From Deltaproteobacteria bacterium (lineage in GTDB: Bacteria > Myxococcota > UBA727 > VGSZ01), in NCBI GenBank assembly GCA_020850995.1, contig JADZDP010000177.1, forward strand, positions 4,712 to 68,711: a stretch of DNA of 64,000 nt. The letters run 5' to 3'. Positions 20,531 through 28,760 of this stretch are shown piece by piece. Numbering within the stretch: the stretch's first letter is position 1; every line of letters begins with the position of its first letter. The notes beneath the pieces were generated by a model that worked only from the letters and a program-made list of their open reading frames with translations, made no database searches and was not told the origin of the DNA. The position numbers and the translations under genes were made by a program.

Positions 20531-20814
20531 ATCGCTGCTCTCGCGAGAGCAGGCGGCGGTGCGTTCCTGCAACGTCGGCGTGCAAGGTGACGACGTCACT
20601 GCAGGAGTGAACGGCCCCCTTCTCGATCTTCCCCCTTGAAATGGGAAGCCGTGCCGGGTTCGCCACAACGGAGCGGCGAAGGCGGCACGGCCCTCCCCAG
20701 TACTCTGGGGAGGGAGATAGGGAGGGGTCCGTCCTGCTCTTCTGGATGCTCGGCCGACCCGGCAAGCCGAGCCTGCAAAAGGACACCGCCGCTTGCTCTC
20801 GCGAGAGCAGCGAT
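20531..20814. repeat. Pair of ~32-bp inverted repeats (each containing the 18-bp perfect palindrome CTGCTCTCGCGAGAGCAG) flanking a ~220-bp segment with further hairpins
   Basis: 20531-20562 gatcgctgctctcgcgagagcaggcggcggtg versus the reverse complement of 20783-20814 (gatcgctgctctcgcgagagcaagcggcggtg). Internal palindromes include ccctccccag-tact-ctggggaggg and cgtgccg...cggcacg. Lies between convergent glnA and the GGDEF-EAL gene. Confidence 0.45.
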
Positions 20815-20960
20815 CGTCGGTGGGTGAGCTACGACAAGCCCCAGATCCCGAAGATCCTGAGCTCCCGTGCCCTCGCCGACGGCCACTGCGAGATGTGGAG
20901 GATCGAGACCGATCTCGGGGGAGCGGCTCGCCGACCCCTGGCGGCCTCGCGGGTCGCTCG

Positions 20961-22697
20961 TCAGGCGTTCTTGGCGCGCTTGCCGCCCGGGGTCTTGCTG
21001 AGCCACGCCGTCAGGCCCTGCACCTCGGGGAAGGGCGGGCCGGGCTTGGCGAAGTAGTAGCCCTGCAAGAGCGGCACACCGAGATCGGTGACCACGCGGC
21101 GCTCGTCGGCGGTCTCGATGCCCTCGGCCACCACCTGCAGGCCCTCGCCGCGCGCGTACTCGAGCAGGTGCTTGATGAGGCGCGCGGCGCTGCCGTCGCG
21201 CTGAATGCCGCGCACCAGCGCCATGTCGAGCTTGACGATGTCGGGCTTGAGCAGCGCCACCGAGTTCAAGCCCGCGTAGCCAGCGCCCAGGTCGTCGATG
21301 GCCACGCGGAACTTGGCGCTCTGCAGCGACGAGATCAGATCCCGCATGCGAACGTAGTCGTGGATCTGGCTCGACTCGGTGACCTCGAAGACGATGCGCT
21401 CGGCGTGCGCGCCGTAGTGTTCGAGCGCCTCCTCCACGAGCTCATCGGCCAGCTCGAGTGGATGCAGGTTCAAAAAAAGCACGCTGTCGCCGGGCAGGCG
21501 GAGCAGGGGCTCGAGCGCCACCGGTCGCAGCGCGCGGCCGAGGTCGACCACGCGGCCGGCATGCTCGGCGGTCTGAAAGAGCGTGCCCGGGTGCGGGAAC
21601 GACGCGTGCTTCGGTCGGCACAGCGCCTCGAAGGCGAAGATGGCGCCGGTCTCGGCCGACAGGATGGGCTGATAGACGAAGCCCGCCAGGCGCCGGTTGA
21701 CCACCTCGTTGATGGCGAGCAGGCGCTCGATCTCGGCGCCGCTCTCGGTGGCGGGTAGCTCGTTGGGGGCGCCGAGATCGCTCGAGTAGGCCACCACGCG
21801 GTTCCTGCCGATGCGCTTGGCGGCGTAGAGCGCGCGATCGGCGGCGGCCAGGAGCTGGGTGCGGTCGCTGCCGTCCTCGGGGTAGCTGGCCACGCCCACG
21901 GAGAGCGTGACGTCGGGCAGGCGCCGCTCGGAGCCGCGGTGCTGCATGGCCGCGCGCAGGGCCTCGCCGCGCGCGGCCGCGCCGGCGCGGGTGGTGTCGG
22001 GCAAGAGGATGGCGAACTCGTCGCCGCCGTAGCGCGCCACCGCGTCGGAGCGGCGACCGCTCGAGGCGAACAGCTCGGCCGCGGTGCGCAGGCAGTAGTC
22101 GCCCACCTGATGGCCGTGCTTGTCGTTCACCTGCTTGAAGTGGTCGAGGTCGAGGAGCAGGAGCGAGCAGGGGCTGCCGGTGCGGGCGGCGCGCCCGATC
22201 TCGCGCTCGAGCACCTCGTGCAGGTAGGCGTGGTTGAACAGCCCGGTCATGGGGTCGCGCTGCACCAGGTCGCGCAGGTAGTGGTTCTTCTCGCGCAGCT
22301 CCATCACCACCTGGAACACGTTGAGCTGCGCGTGCACGTGCGCGAGCAACAGCTCACCCGACGGCAGCGCCGGCAACACCTGCGCCACGCCGGCCTCGAG
22401 GGCGCGCACCACGAAGCGGTCGTCGGGCACGCGCGAGCACACCAGGATGATCGAGACGTGGCTGGTCTCGGGGTCGCCCTTGATGAGGCGACAGGCCTCG
22501 AGCCCGTCGGTCTCTGGCAGCTGGTGGCGCGCCACCACCACCCAGGGCTTGAAGGTCTGCGCCAGCCAGGCTGCCGCGCCGCCGCTGGCCGCCGACACCT
22601 CGACGCGGAAGCCCTCGCTGACCAGCTGCTGCTGCGCCGCCGCCGCCGTGTCGGCGTCGTTGTCGATGATGAGGATGCGCGGCGCGTGCTCGTCCAC
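20961..22697 (-). CDS. Response-regulator receiver-GGDEF-EAL protein (c-di-GMP turnover)
   Basis: Receiver-like N-terminus (ILIIDNDAD...), intact GGDEF (RYGGDEFAILL) and EAL (FEALCRP). Start taken as GTG 22697 (VDEHAPRILIID); the upstream R-rich stretch of the table ORF would overlap the divergent gene. Confidence 0.75.
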   Translation of the reverse strand: MDEHAPRILIIDNDADTAAAAQQQLVSEGFRVEVSAASGGAAAWLAQTFKPWVVVARHQLPETDGLEACRLIKGDPETSHVSIILVCSRVPDDRFVVRALEAGVAQVLPALPSGELLLAHVHAQLNVFQVVMELREKNHYLRDLVQRDPMTGLFNHAYLHEVLEREIGRAARTGSPCSLLLLDLDHFKQVNDKHGHQVGDYCLRTAAELFASSGRRSDAVARYGGDEFAILLPDTTRAGAAARGEALRAAMQHRGSERRLPDVTLSVGVASYPEDGSDRTQLLAAADRALYAAKRIGRNRVVAYSSDLGAPNELPATESGAEIERLLAINEVVNRRLAGFVYQPILSAETGAIFAFEALCRPKHASFPHPGTLFQTAEHAGRVVDLGRALRPVALEPLLRLPGDSVLFLNLHPLELADELVEEALEHYGAHAERIVFEVTESSQIHDYVRMRDLISSLQSAKFRVAIDDLGAGYAGLNSVALLKPDIVKLDMALVRGIQRDGSAARLIKHLLEYARGEGLQVVAEGIETADERRVVTDLGVPLLQGYYFAKPGPPFPEVQGLTAWLSKTPGGKRAKNA

Positions 22698-22798
22698 GGC
22701 GCGAGCGTGAAAGAAGTTGGGCCCAACCGCAACCCCGCCCGTGCGCGGTGACGCGCGCGGTGCGCACGAGGAGTACGGAGGAGTTATCCTCGAGCGCC

Positions 22799-23419
22799 AT
22801 GCTCGCCGACGACGACTTCCGCGCCATCTACGACCTGCTCGACGTGGGCCAGACCGTCGACGACGCCGGCCGTGCGGTCGACTGCGGCATCCGCTGCGAC
22901 AAGTTCTGCTGCCGCCCCGACAACACCACCAAGTATCTCTTGCCCGGCGAGCGGCGCTTCCTCGACGCGGCCCTGGCCGCACGCGGCCGCGCGCCGCTCG
23001 CGTGCAAAGACCTCTACTACTTCGAGAGCCTCGACGAGCCGCCCGATCGGGCGTGCGCATGCGAGCCGCTGCGCGAGCTGCGGCCCTTCAACTGCCGCGT
23101 GTTCCCGTACTCGCCTGCGCTCGAGGGGACACGGGTGGTGGGGCTGCGGAAGAGCAAGCTCCAGTACCTGGCGCCCTGCTGGATCGACGAGCCCGCGCCG
23201 CGCTGGCGCGACGGGGCCATCAGCGCCTGGCAACGGGTCCTCGACGACGTCGATTGCCGCCTGCTCTTCTGTCGCCTCGGCGCCTTGTGGGAGTGGCATC
23301 AGGCCAGCGAGCGCGGCGAGGCAGCGGGGCATGCGGTGCAGGCCGTGGCCAGTATCGACGGGACCGACGAGGCAGACACCTGGGCGCGGGCGGCGCGCTT
23401 CTTCTCGCGCACCGATTGA
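22799..23419 (+). CDS. UPF0153/YkgJ-family putative Fe-S/zinc-chelating protein (CxxCxxCC motif)
   Basis: CGIRCDKFCCRP motif; start at ATG 22799 (MLADDDF). Confidence 0.5.
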   Translation: MLADDDFRAIYDLLDVGQTVDDAGRAVDCGIRCDKFCCRPDNTTKYLLPGERRFLDAALAARGRAPLACKDLYYFESLDEPPDRACACEPLRELRPFNCRVFPYSPALEGTRVVGLRKSKLQYLAPCWIDEPAPRWRDGAISAWQRVLDDVDCRLLFCRLGALWEWHQASERGEAAGHAVQAVASIDGTDEADTWARAARFFSRTD

Positions 23420-23450
23420 CGCTCGCACCGTCGCTGGGCACGGTGGCGCC

Positions 23451-24086
23451 ATGACCGAGGCGACCAAGCCGAGCCCGCTCGTGGCCGCGCTCTGCGGCGT
23501 GCTCGCGCCCGGCGCCGGCCTCTGCTACGCCGGGCGTTGGCGCTTGGCGCTCGGCGTGGCGCTCGCGTACGTGGCCATCGCCGTGGTGGTGCCGCTGGTG
23601 GTGGTGCGCCAGGGCATCGACCTCTCGCGCCTGCCCGAGCTGATCAAGGCCGCCGCGCTCGCCCTCTGGGTGCCGGCGCTGGTGTTCGGCGTGCTCGCCG
23701 CCGTGCTGGCGGCGCCCGCGGCCGGAGCACGGCCGCCCTGGCGCCACCCCTGGTGGCTGTTGGGCTTCGTGGTGCTGACGCATGCGGGCGCGTCCATCGC
23801 CCGCGGCCAGGTGGCCGAGCACGTCGTCACCGTGGTGGTGGTGCAGGGGCAGTTGCCGCGCCTGCAGCTCGAGCCTGGCGACGCCTTCGTGGTGGTGCGT
23901 GGCGCGCTCGAGGCGAGCGCCCTCGATCCTGGGGAGCTGGTGGGCGTCCGGCACGCCGAGCTGGACCAGATCGCCCAGGTGGTGTCGGTGGAGGAGCGCT
24001 CGCTCACCCTCGACCTCGGCGTCGGCCCCGAGGTGGCGGTGGCCCCGGCCGAGCTGCTCGGGCGTGCCGTTCGCGTGCGCCGCTGA
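23451..24086 (+). CDS. Hypothetical integral membrane protein
   Basis: ATG at 23451 in frame of table ORF 22872..24086. Three or four hydrophobic helices, then a soluble C-terminal ~90 aa. Confidence 0.5.
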   Translation: MTEATKPSPLVAALCGVLAPGAGLCYAGRWRLALGVALAYVAIAVVVPLVVVRQGIDLSRLPELIKAAALALWVPALVFGVLAAVLAAPAAGARPPWRHPWWLLGFVVLTHAGASIARGQVAEHVVTVVVVQGQLPRLQLEPGDAFVVVRGALEASALDPGELVGVRHAELDQIAQVVSVEERSLTLDLGVGPEVAVAPAELLGRAVRVRR

Positions 24087-24143
24087 GGTAGAGTGCTCCG
24101 ACGGTCGTTACGCCGACCGAGCAGCACGAGGAGCCAGCAGTCG

Positions 24144-24527
24144 ATGAGGACCAGGGAACGCACGGCACCGCAGCGCAGAGCTTCGTTCGGTCGACGAGCG
24201 CTCGGTGCGAGCGCGGTGCTCCTGATCGCAGCCGCGTGCGCCACGCCGCTCGAGGCCATCAAGGACCAGGTGCGCCATCAAGCGACCGGCGATCTCGTGT
24301 GCGACCACGCCAGCCTGCACGTGGTGCAGCTGCGTCCGCTCAAGAAAGTGCAGGGCGGCAAGCAGACCATCGAGCGCGGCTCCTTTTCGGCCAAGGGCTG
24401 CGGCGGCTACGCCACCTACGCCGTCGAGTGCATCCGCGGCGCGTGCATGGTGCAGCGCGAGGTCGACGAGACGCTCGACAACGGCAAGCCCAAGACCCCG
24501 CCGCAAGGCGATACGAGCGCTCCATGA
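24144..24527 (+). CDS. Small lipoprotein (paralog 1 of tandem pair)
   Basis: MRTRERTAPQRRASFGRRALGASAVLLIAAAC lipobox; conserved DLVCD...L..L and GCGGYATYAVEC. Confidence 0.5.
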   Translation: MRTRERTAPQRRASFGRRALGASAVLLIAAACATPLEAIKDQVRHQATGDLVCDHASLHVVQLRPLKKVQGGKQTIERGSFSAKGCGGYATYAVECIRGACMVQREVDETLDNGKPKTPPQGDTSAP

Positions 24528-24850
24528 GGAGCGCGGTGATGGCGTTGGCGCTGGCGTGCTCGTGCGCGACCATGGGCGGCGGCGGCGGCGCGCATCAGGC
24601 CATCATGGCGAAGGCCGTGTTCGACCTCGCCTGCTCGAGGGACGAGATCCGCCTGACCCGCTTGCCGCAGCAGCGCGTGCTCGTCGACGTCGCCACCGGC
24701 ATGCCCGTAGCCCGCGCCGCCTACGAGGCGAGCGGCTGCGGCGAGCGCGCCGACTACATCGTGGATTGCGTCGATCGCGACGGCGAGCAGCAGTGCACGG
24801 CGGCGCTCACGCGCGATCTCTCGGCGTCCTTCCCGCCAGCCGCGCGCTGA
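24524..24850 (+). CDS. Small lipoprotein (paralog 2 of tandem pair)
   Basis: MRSAVMALALACSC lipobox; DLACSRDEIRLTRL and GCGERADYIVDC parallel paralog 1. ATGA start/stop overlap with the upstream gene. Confidence 0.5.
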   Translation: MRSAVMALALACSCATMGGGGGAHQAIMAKAVFDLACSRDEIRLTRLPQQRVLVDVATGMPVARAAYEASGCGERADYIVDCVDRDGEQQCTAALTRDLSASFPPAAR

Positions 24851-24857
24851 GGCCCCC

Positions 24858-25409
24858 GTGCAACCGCAACGCAAGCGCTTGTTGGCGACCGGGATGGTGA
24901 TCGTGCTGGCGACGCCGGCGATCTTGATCGCGCTCGACGTCTTGCGCCGCACCGGCGCGAATGACGCGGTCGCGCCGCCCTCGTTCGAGTCGGTGGCGTT
25001 CGTCGACGCGCCCGGCTGGACCCGGCACGCCGGCCCCTGCACCGAGGTGCGCCCCGAGGACGGCTGCGTGGGTGAGTGGCGGCACGAGGGCGGCCAGGCC
25101 GCGCGCGTGTTCGCCATCGCCGCGCCCGATCGGCCGGCCCTCGATGGCTTCGTGCAGCGCCTGGAAGAGACCGTGACCAAGAACGGCGGCGTGGTCGAGC
25201 GCCTGGCCCAGCCGTCGTCGACGGGGGAGCTCACGCTGGTGCGCTTCCTCCAGCCGGCACCGGGTGGGCTCGCCACCATCAATTACGCGCTGCCCGGGCG
25301 CGATGGCCGCGCGCTGCACCTCGTCACCTCGGTGGTGCCCTTCGACGAGCAGCAGCCGGCAGACGCGCGCCTGCGCGTGCTGCTCGAGCGCGCCACGTGG
25401 GCGCGCTGA
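24858..25409 (+). CDS. Hypothetical membrane-anchored protein
   Basis: N-terminal TM (LLATGMVIVLATPAILIALDVL) followed by a soluble domain. Confidence 0.4.
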   Translation: MQPQRKRLLATGMVIVLATPAILIALDVLRRTGANDAVAPPSFESVAFVDAPGWTRHAGPCTEVRPEDGCVGEWRHEGGQAARVFAIAAPDRPALDGFVQRLEETVTKNGGVVERLAQPSSTGELTLVRFLQPAPGGLATINYALPGRDGRALHLVTSVVPFDEQQPADARLRVLLERATWAR

Positions 25410-25428
25410 CGGCCTCGCCCGCGCTTGC

Positions 25429-26859
25429 CTACAGCGTGGCGATGAGCGTCTCGTAGGTGCCCGCGATCTGCTGCGCGAGGATCAACACCTCGCCCACGTC
25501 GGGCGAGACATGGCGATCGTGGCCCTCGTCGACCACCAGCAGGTTGACCGGGCGACCGCGCACCAAGATGGGGAACACGGCCACGCTCTTGGGGATCTTG
25601 CGGCCCGTCGCCTTCACCCAGCCGCCGTGCGCGGGCAGCTTGGTGAGCGGTCCCAGGTAGTACGAGCGCGAATCGGCCACTAAGGTGAACACGCTGCGCT
25701 GGCTGCGATCGAGCACCACGCCCTGCAGGCGATCGGTCTCGAAGCCCTCGCCGATGCCCATCCAGCCGACGAGGCGGTCGGGATAGACCGACAAGAGGCA
25801 GGCGCGGGCGAAGCGGCTGCGCGCCGCGCGCAGCACCACGCGCGCGATGGCCGTGCGATCGGCGGCCGTCGACAACAGGCGGCTCGCGTTGGCAAAGGTC
25901 AGCGGGCTGTCGTCGACGACGTCGCCGACGTCGATGTGGAAGTCGAGCGTCGGCTGCCGGCGCACCACGGGTTGCGTGACGTCGGCCTCCACCAGGTCGA
26001 CCAGCGGATAGGCGTCGTCGGCGTCGGCGGCGGGCATGCGCGGCAGCGCCATCATCGGGTTGGTGTTCTCGATGACGTCGCGCCAATCGCCCTCCTCGGC
26101 GCCGGTCTTGGGCGGCGCCAGGAAGTCGTCGTCGCTACCCCTGCTGAGCGCCGCGGGTCGCGCCGGCACCGTGGGATTGCCGCCCTTGCCTGCCTCGGGC
26201 ACGGGCGAGGCAGTCGGGGGAGGCGGTGCCCGTGCCGGCGCCTCCTTGCGCACCTCGGGCAAGGTGATGACCGGCACCGAGCCGTCGTGCAGCCCGGCGT
26301 AGAGCGCCTGGAAGTCCTCTTCGCTGGTGAGCTCGGGGCTGTCCTTGGCCGGCGCCGTGTGCTCGTCGGCGCTCGGGCGCGGCCGCACGACGACACCGTC
26401 GAGGGGGATGGGGCGCAGGCTCGGCCGCAGCCCGTAGTGCTGTTCGAGGAGCTGCCACATGCGCGCCTCGCACACCAAGATGGGGATGACCCCAAGGCCG
26501 CTGGCGAAGCGCACGTCGTCGATGGCGAAGGCGTCGTGCGGATCGCGCATCAGCAGGTAGAGCTTCTTGTCTTGCACGTGGTGCGGCACCACGAAGCGGC
26601 GCTCGGCGATGGTCTTTGGCACCAGCTTGAGGGCGGCGGCATCGACCTTCAGCACCTTGCCGTGGCCGGAGTGCACGCCGAGCTGGTGGCCGAGCGCTTG
26701 CGCCAAGGTGCGCTCGTCGATGGCGCCGACGGCGAGCAGGTTGGTGCCCAGGCGATCGCCGAAGAGCACGCGCTGCTCCCACGCCTCGAGCAGCCGCGTG
26801 CGCGAGCAGATGCCGCGCGACAAGAGCAGCTCCCCCAGGCGCAGACGACGCTCGGCCAC
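25429..26859 (-). CDS. T2SSE/MshE N-terminal (MshEN) domain protein
   Basis: N-terminus RLGELLLSRGICSRTRLLEAWEQ...LGTNLLAVGAIDERTLAQALGHQLG and a second copy of the subdomain (IDDVRFASGLGVIPILVCEARMWQLLEQHYG) resemble GspE/MshE N-domains. No ATPase core. The C-terminal region is GAF-like, unconfirmed. Confidence 0.55.
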   Translation of the reverse strand: MAERRLRLGELLLSRGICSRTRLLEAWEQRVLFGDRLGTNLLAVGAIDERTLAQALGHQLGVHSGHGKVLKVDAAALKLVPKTIAERRFVVPHHVQDKKLYLLMRDPHDAFAIDDVRFASGLGVIPILVCEARMWQLLEQHYGLRPSLRPIPLDGVVVRPRPSADEHTAPAKDSPELTSEEDFQALYAGLHDGSVPVITLPEVRKEAPARAPPPPTASPVPEAGKGGNPTVPARPAALSRGSDDDFLAPPKTGAEEGDWRDVIENTNPMMALPRMPAADADDAYPLVDLVEADVTQPVVRRQPTLDFHIDVGDVVDDSPLTFANASRLLSTAADRTAIARVVLRAARSRFARACLLSVYPDRLVGWMGIGEGFETDRLQGVVLDRSQRSVFTLVADSRSYYLGPLTKLPAHGGWVKATGRKIPKSVAVFPILVRGRPVNLLVVDEGHDRHVSPDVGEVLILAQQIAGTYETLIATL

Positions 26860-26984
26860 GGGGGCACCCTAGCAGGCCGCGATGCGACCACCTACCTGCA
26901 AGGACCCGCGCGCGGTGCGCCGCGCAAGAAAAGAGAGAGCCACGGCGGCTGCCGTGGCTCTCTCGATCCCGCAAGCGTCGACGA

Positions 26985-27698
26985 TCAGCGACCGTTGTAG
27001 TCGCCGAACACGTAGTCGGCGGCGTACCAATCGGGCTGGCGCTCGACGTGCTCGGCGATGCGCGTGGCGCGCGTGGTGCCGGTCTTCACGTCGATGGCCT
27101 CGAGGTGCATCACCAAGCGAACGCCGTCGGACATGTTGGGCTGCGCGTCGGCGACCAGGCCGATGAGCGCGCCGACGATGAAGCGCAGGCCCAAGATGAT
27201 GAGACCGGGCTGGCGCGTGTTCAAGCGCATCAGGCGATAGGTGACGATGACGTCGGCGGGCTGGATCTTGCCGTCGCGGGCCAGGCTATCGGCGCGCGCC
27301 GCCAGCTTGGCGCTCTCGGTGTACTCGACGTAGAGCGAGCGCATCATGTCGTCGTCGCGGGCCACCACCTCGGAGACACCCTTGCTGCGCAGGATGTCGA
27401 TGATGGCGTCGTAGGTGAGCGCGTCCACCGACGAGTCGTTGTTGCTGCCGCCGTTCTTGTTGACCACCCACACGCGCTCGGTGGGCGCGATCTTCAGGTC
27501 TTTGATGGGGTCGGGCATCATCGAGCGCACGCCCTTGGCGTAGAGGAGCTGGATCTCCTCGCCCGCGGGCGTGGGCTCACCGCCGGTGATGCCGGGGATG
27601 GGGATGGGGATCATGTTGAGCAGCGCGGCGGGCGAGCAGCCGGCCGAGGCGGCGACGATCAGGGACATGATGGCGGCGGCGGAGAAGCGGCGAAGCAT
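26985..27698 (-). CDS. Lipoprotein, function unknown (weak CsgG/LpoB-like impression)
   Basis: Signal peptide plus lipobox (LIVAASAGCSP). Confidence 0.45.
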   Translation of the reverse strand: MLRRFSAAAIMSLIVAASAGCSPAALLNMIPIPIPGITGGEPTPAGEEIQLLYAKGVRSMMPDPIKDLKIAPTERVWVVNKNGGSNNDSSVDALTYDAIIDILRSKGVSEVVARDDDMMRSLYVEYTESAKLAARADSLARDGKIQPADVIVTYRLMRLNTRQPGLIILGLRFIVGALIGLVADAQPNMSDGVRLVMHLEAIDVKTGTTRATRIAEHVERQPDWYAADYVFGDYNGR

Positions 27699-27754
27699 TG
27701 CTGTTCCTCGGGGACGCGTGGGGCGGTGGAGCGCGGTGAGCGGCGTGGTGTGGG

Positions 27755-28576
27755 TCAGGGGAGGGTGGGGATGCGCGGCAGTTGCGGGATGTCGAAGGGC
27801 AGCACGTCGTTGAGCGTGTTCTGCGCGATGGCGATGAAGTTGTTGGCGGCGGCGATGGGGTCGAGCGGCTGCCCGGTGGCGGCCTGGGCCTGCGCCCGCG
27901 CCAGCGGTGCAATCTCGAAGAGCACGCGCGTGGGCAGAAGCCAGATGCCGCCCTGGCGTACCAGGTCGACGGCGTCGAACTTGGTGGTCTCGACGGCGCC
28001 GTTGCTCTTGCTGGTGACGTCGAAGTCGACGCGGAACACCTCGCCGCCCAGGGGCTGCACGCGGCGCAGCGTGACCACCAGGTCCTCGAAGCGCGGCAGC
28101 GAGGTCAACAAGGGCTCGAGCTCTTCGGGACGGAACACCACGGAGCGCTGGCGCAGGTGGTTGACCTCGGCGTCGGGCAGGGCGGCGTGGGCGCGGCGCT
28201 GGCGATCGACGATGTCTTGGCGGCGCTTGAGCTCGTTCCGCACGTCGGGGCGGTGCCAGTTCCAGTCACCCACCTGGTTCGGGATCGAGTCGTCGTGCAC
28301 GCCGCGGTAGTCGGTGGGGCGCGCGAGCAGCGGCAGGTAGCAGTTGAAGATCACCTGCCGCACCGTGCTCTGCAGCTCCATCTCTTCTTGCCAGGTGAGC
28401 ATGGGCAGCTCTTGGAAGGGCTCTTCGGGGCGCAAACCACCCTCGGGCGCGGCGGCCGCGGCGTCTTGCGCGGTGGCGGGCGCGGCGGCGAGCGTGCCGC
28501 CCACGAGGGTGGCGGCGGCGGTGAGCACAACGACTCGACTTCGAACCAGGTGAGCGACCCCTGCGCGTCTTCGCAT
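27755..28576 (-). CDS. Secreted hypothetical protein
   Basis: Signal peptide (VVVLTAAATLVGGTLAAAPATAQ). Same strand, closely spaced with the two downstream genes. Confidence 0.45.
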   Translation of the reverse strand: MRRRAGVAHLVRSRVVVLTAAATLVGGTLAAAPATAQDAAAAAPEGGLRPEEPFQELPMLTWQEEMELQSTVRQVIFNCYLPLLARPTDYRGVHDDSIPNQVGDWNWHRPDVRNELKRRQDIVDRQRRAHAALPDAEVNHLRQRSVVFRPEELEPLLTSLPRFEDLVVTLRRVQPLGGEVFRVDFDVTSKSNGAVETTKFDAVDLVRQGGIWLLPTRVLFEIAPLARAQAQAATGQPLDPIAAANNFIAIAQNTLNDVLPFDIPQLPRIPTLP

Positions 28577-28760
28577 GCGGACTCCTGGCGCGATCGCTCT
28601 GCGGCGTTCGCGGACGGCCGCCTATGCCACACTTCCGAGCGCAGCAGAAGCGAGAAGTGCAGGGCAACGCGCGCGCTGCGCAGGAGCTTTGTCGACGTGG
28701 ACGAGGCGCATGCGGGCGGCGGTGTGATCGTGATCGCACGCGCCCGCCGTGCGCGTGGCT

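Noticed and set aside
23017-24262. Overlapping minus-strand ORFs 23220..23954 and 23525..24262
   Set aside because: Shadows of the plus-strand membrane protein and lipoprotein genes. His/Arg/Gly-rich composition.
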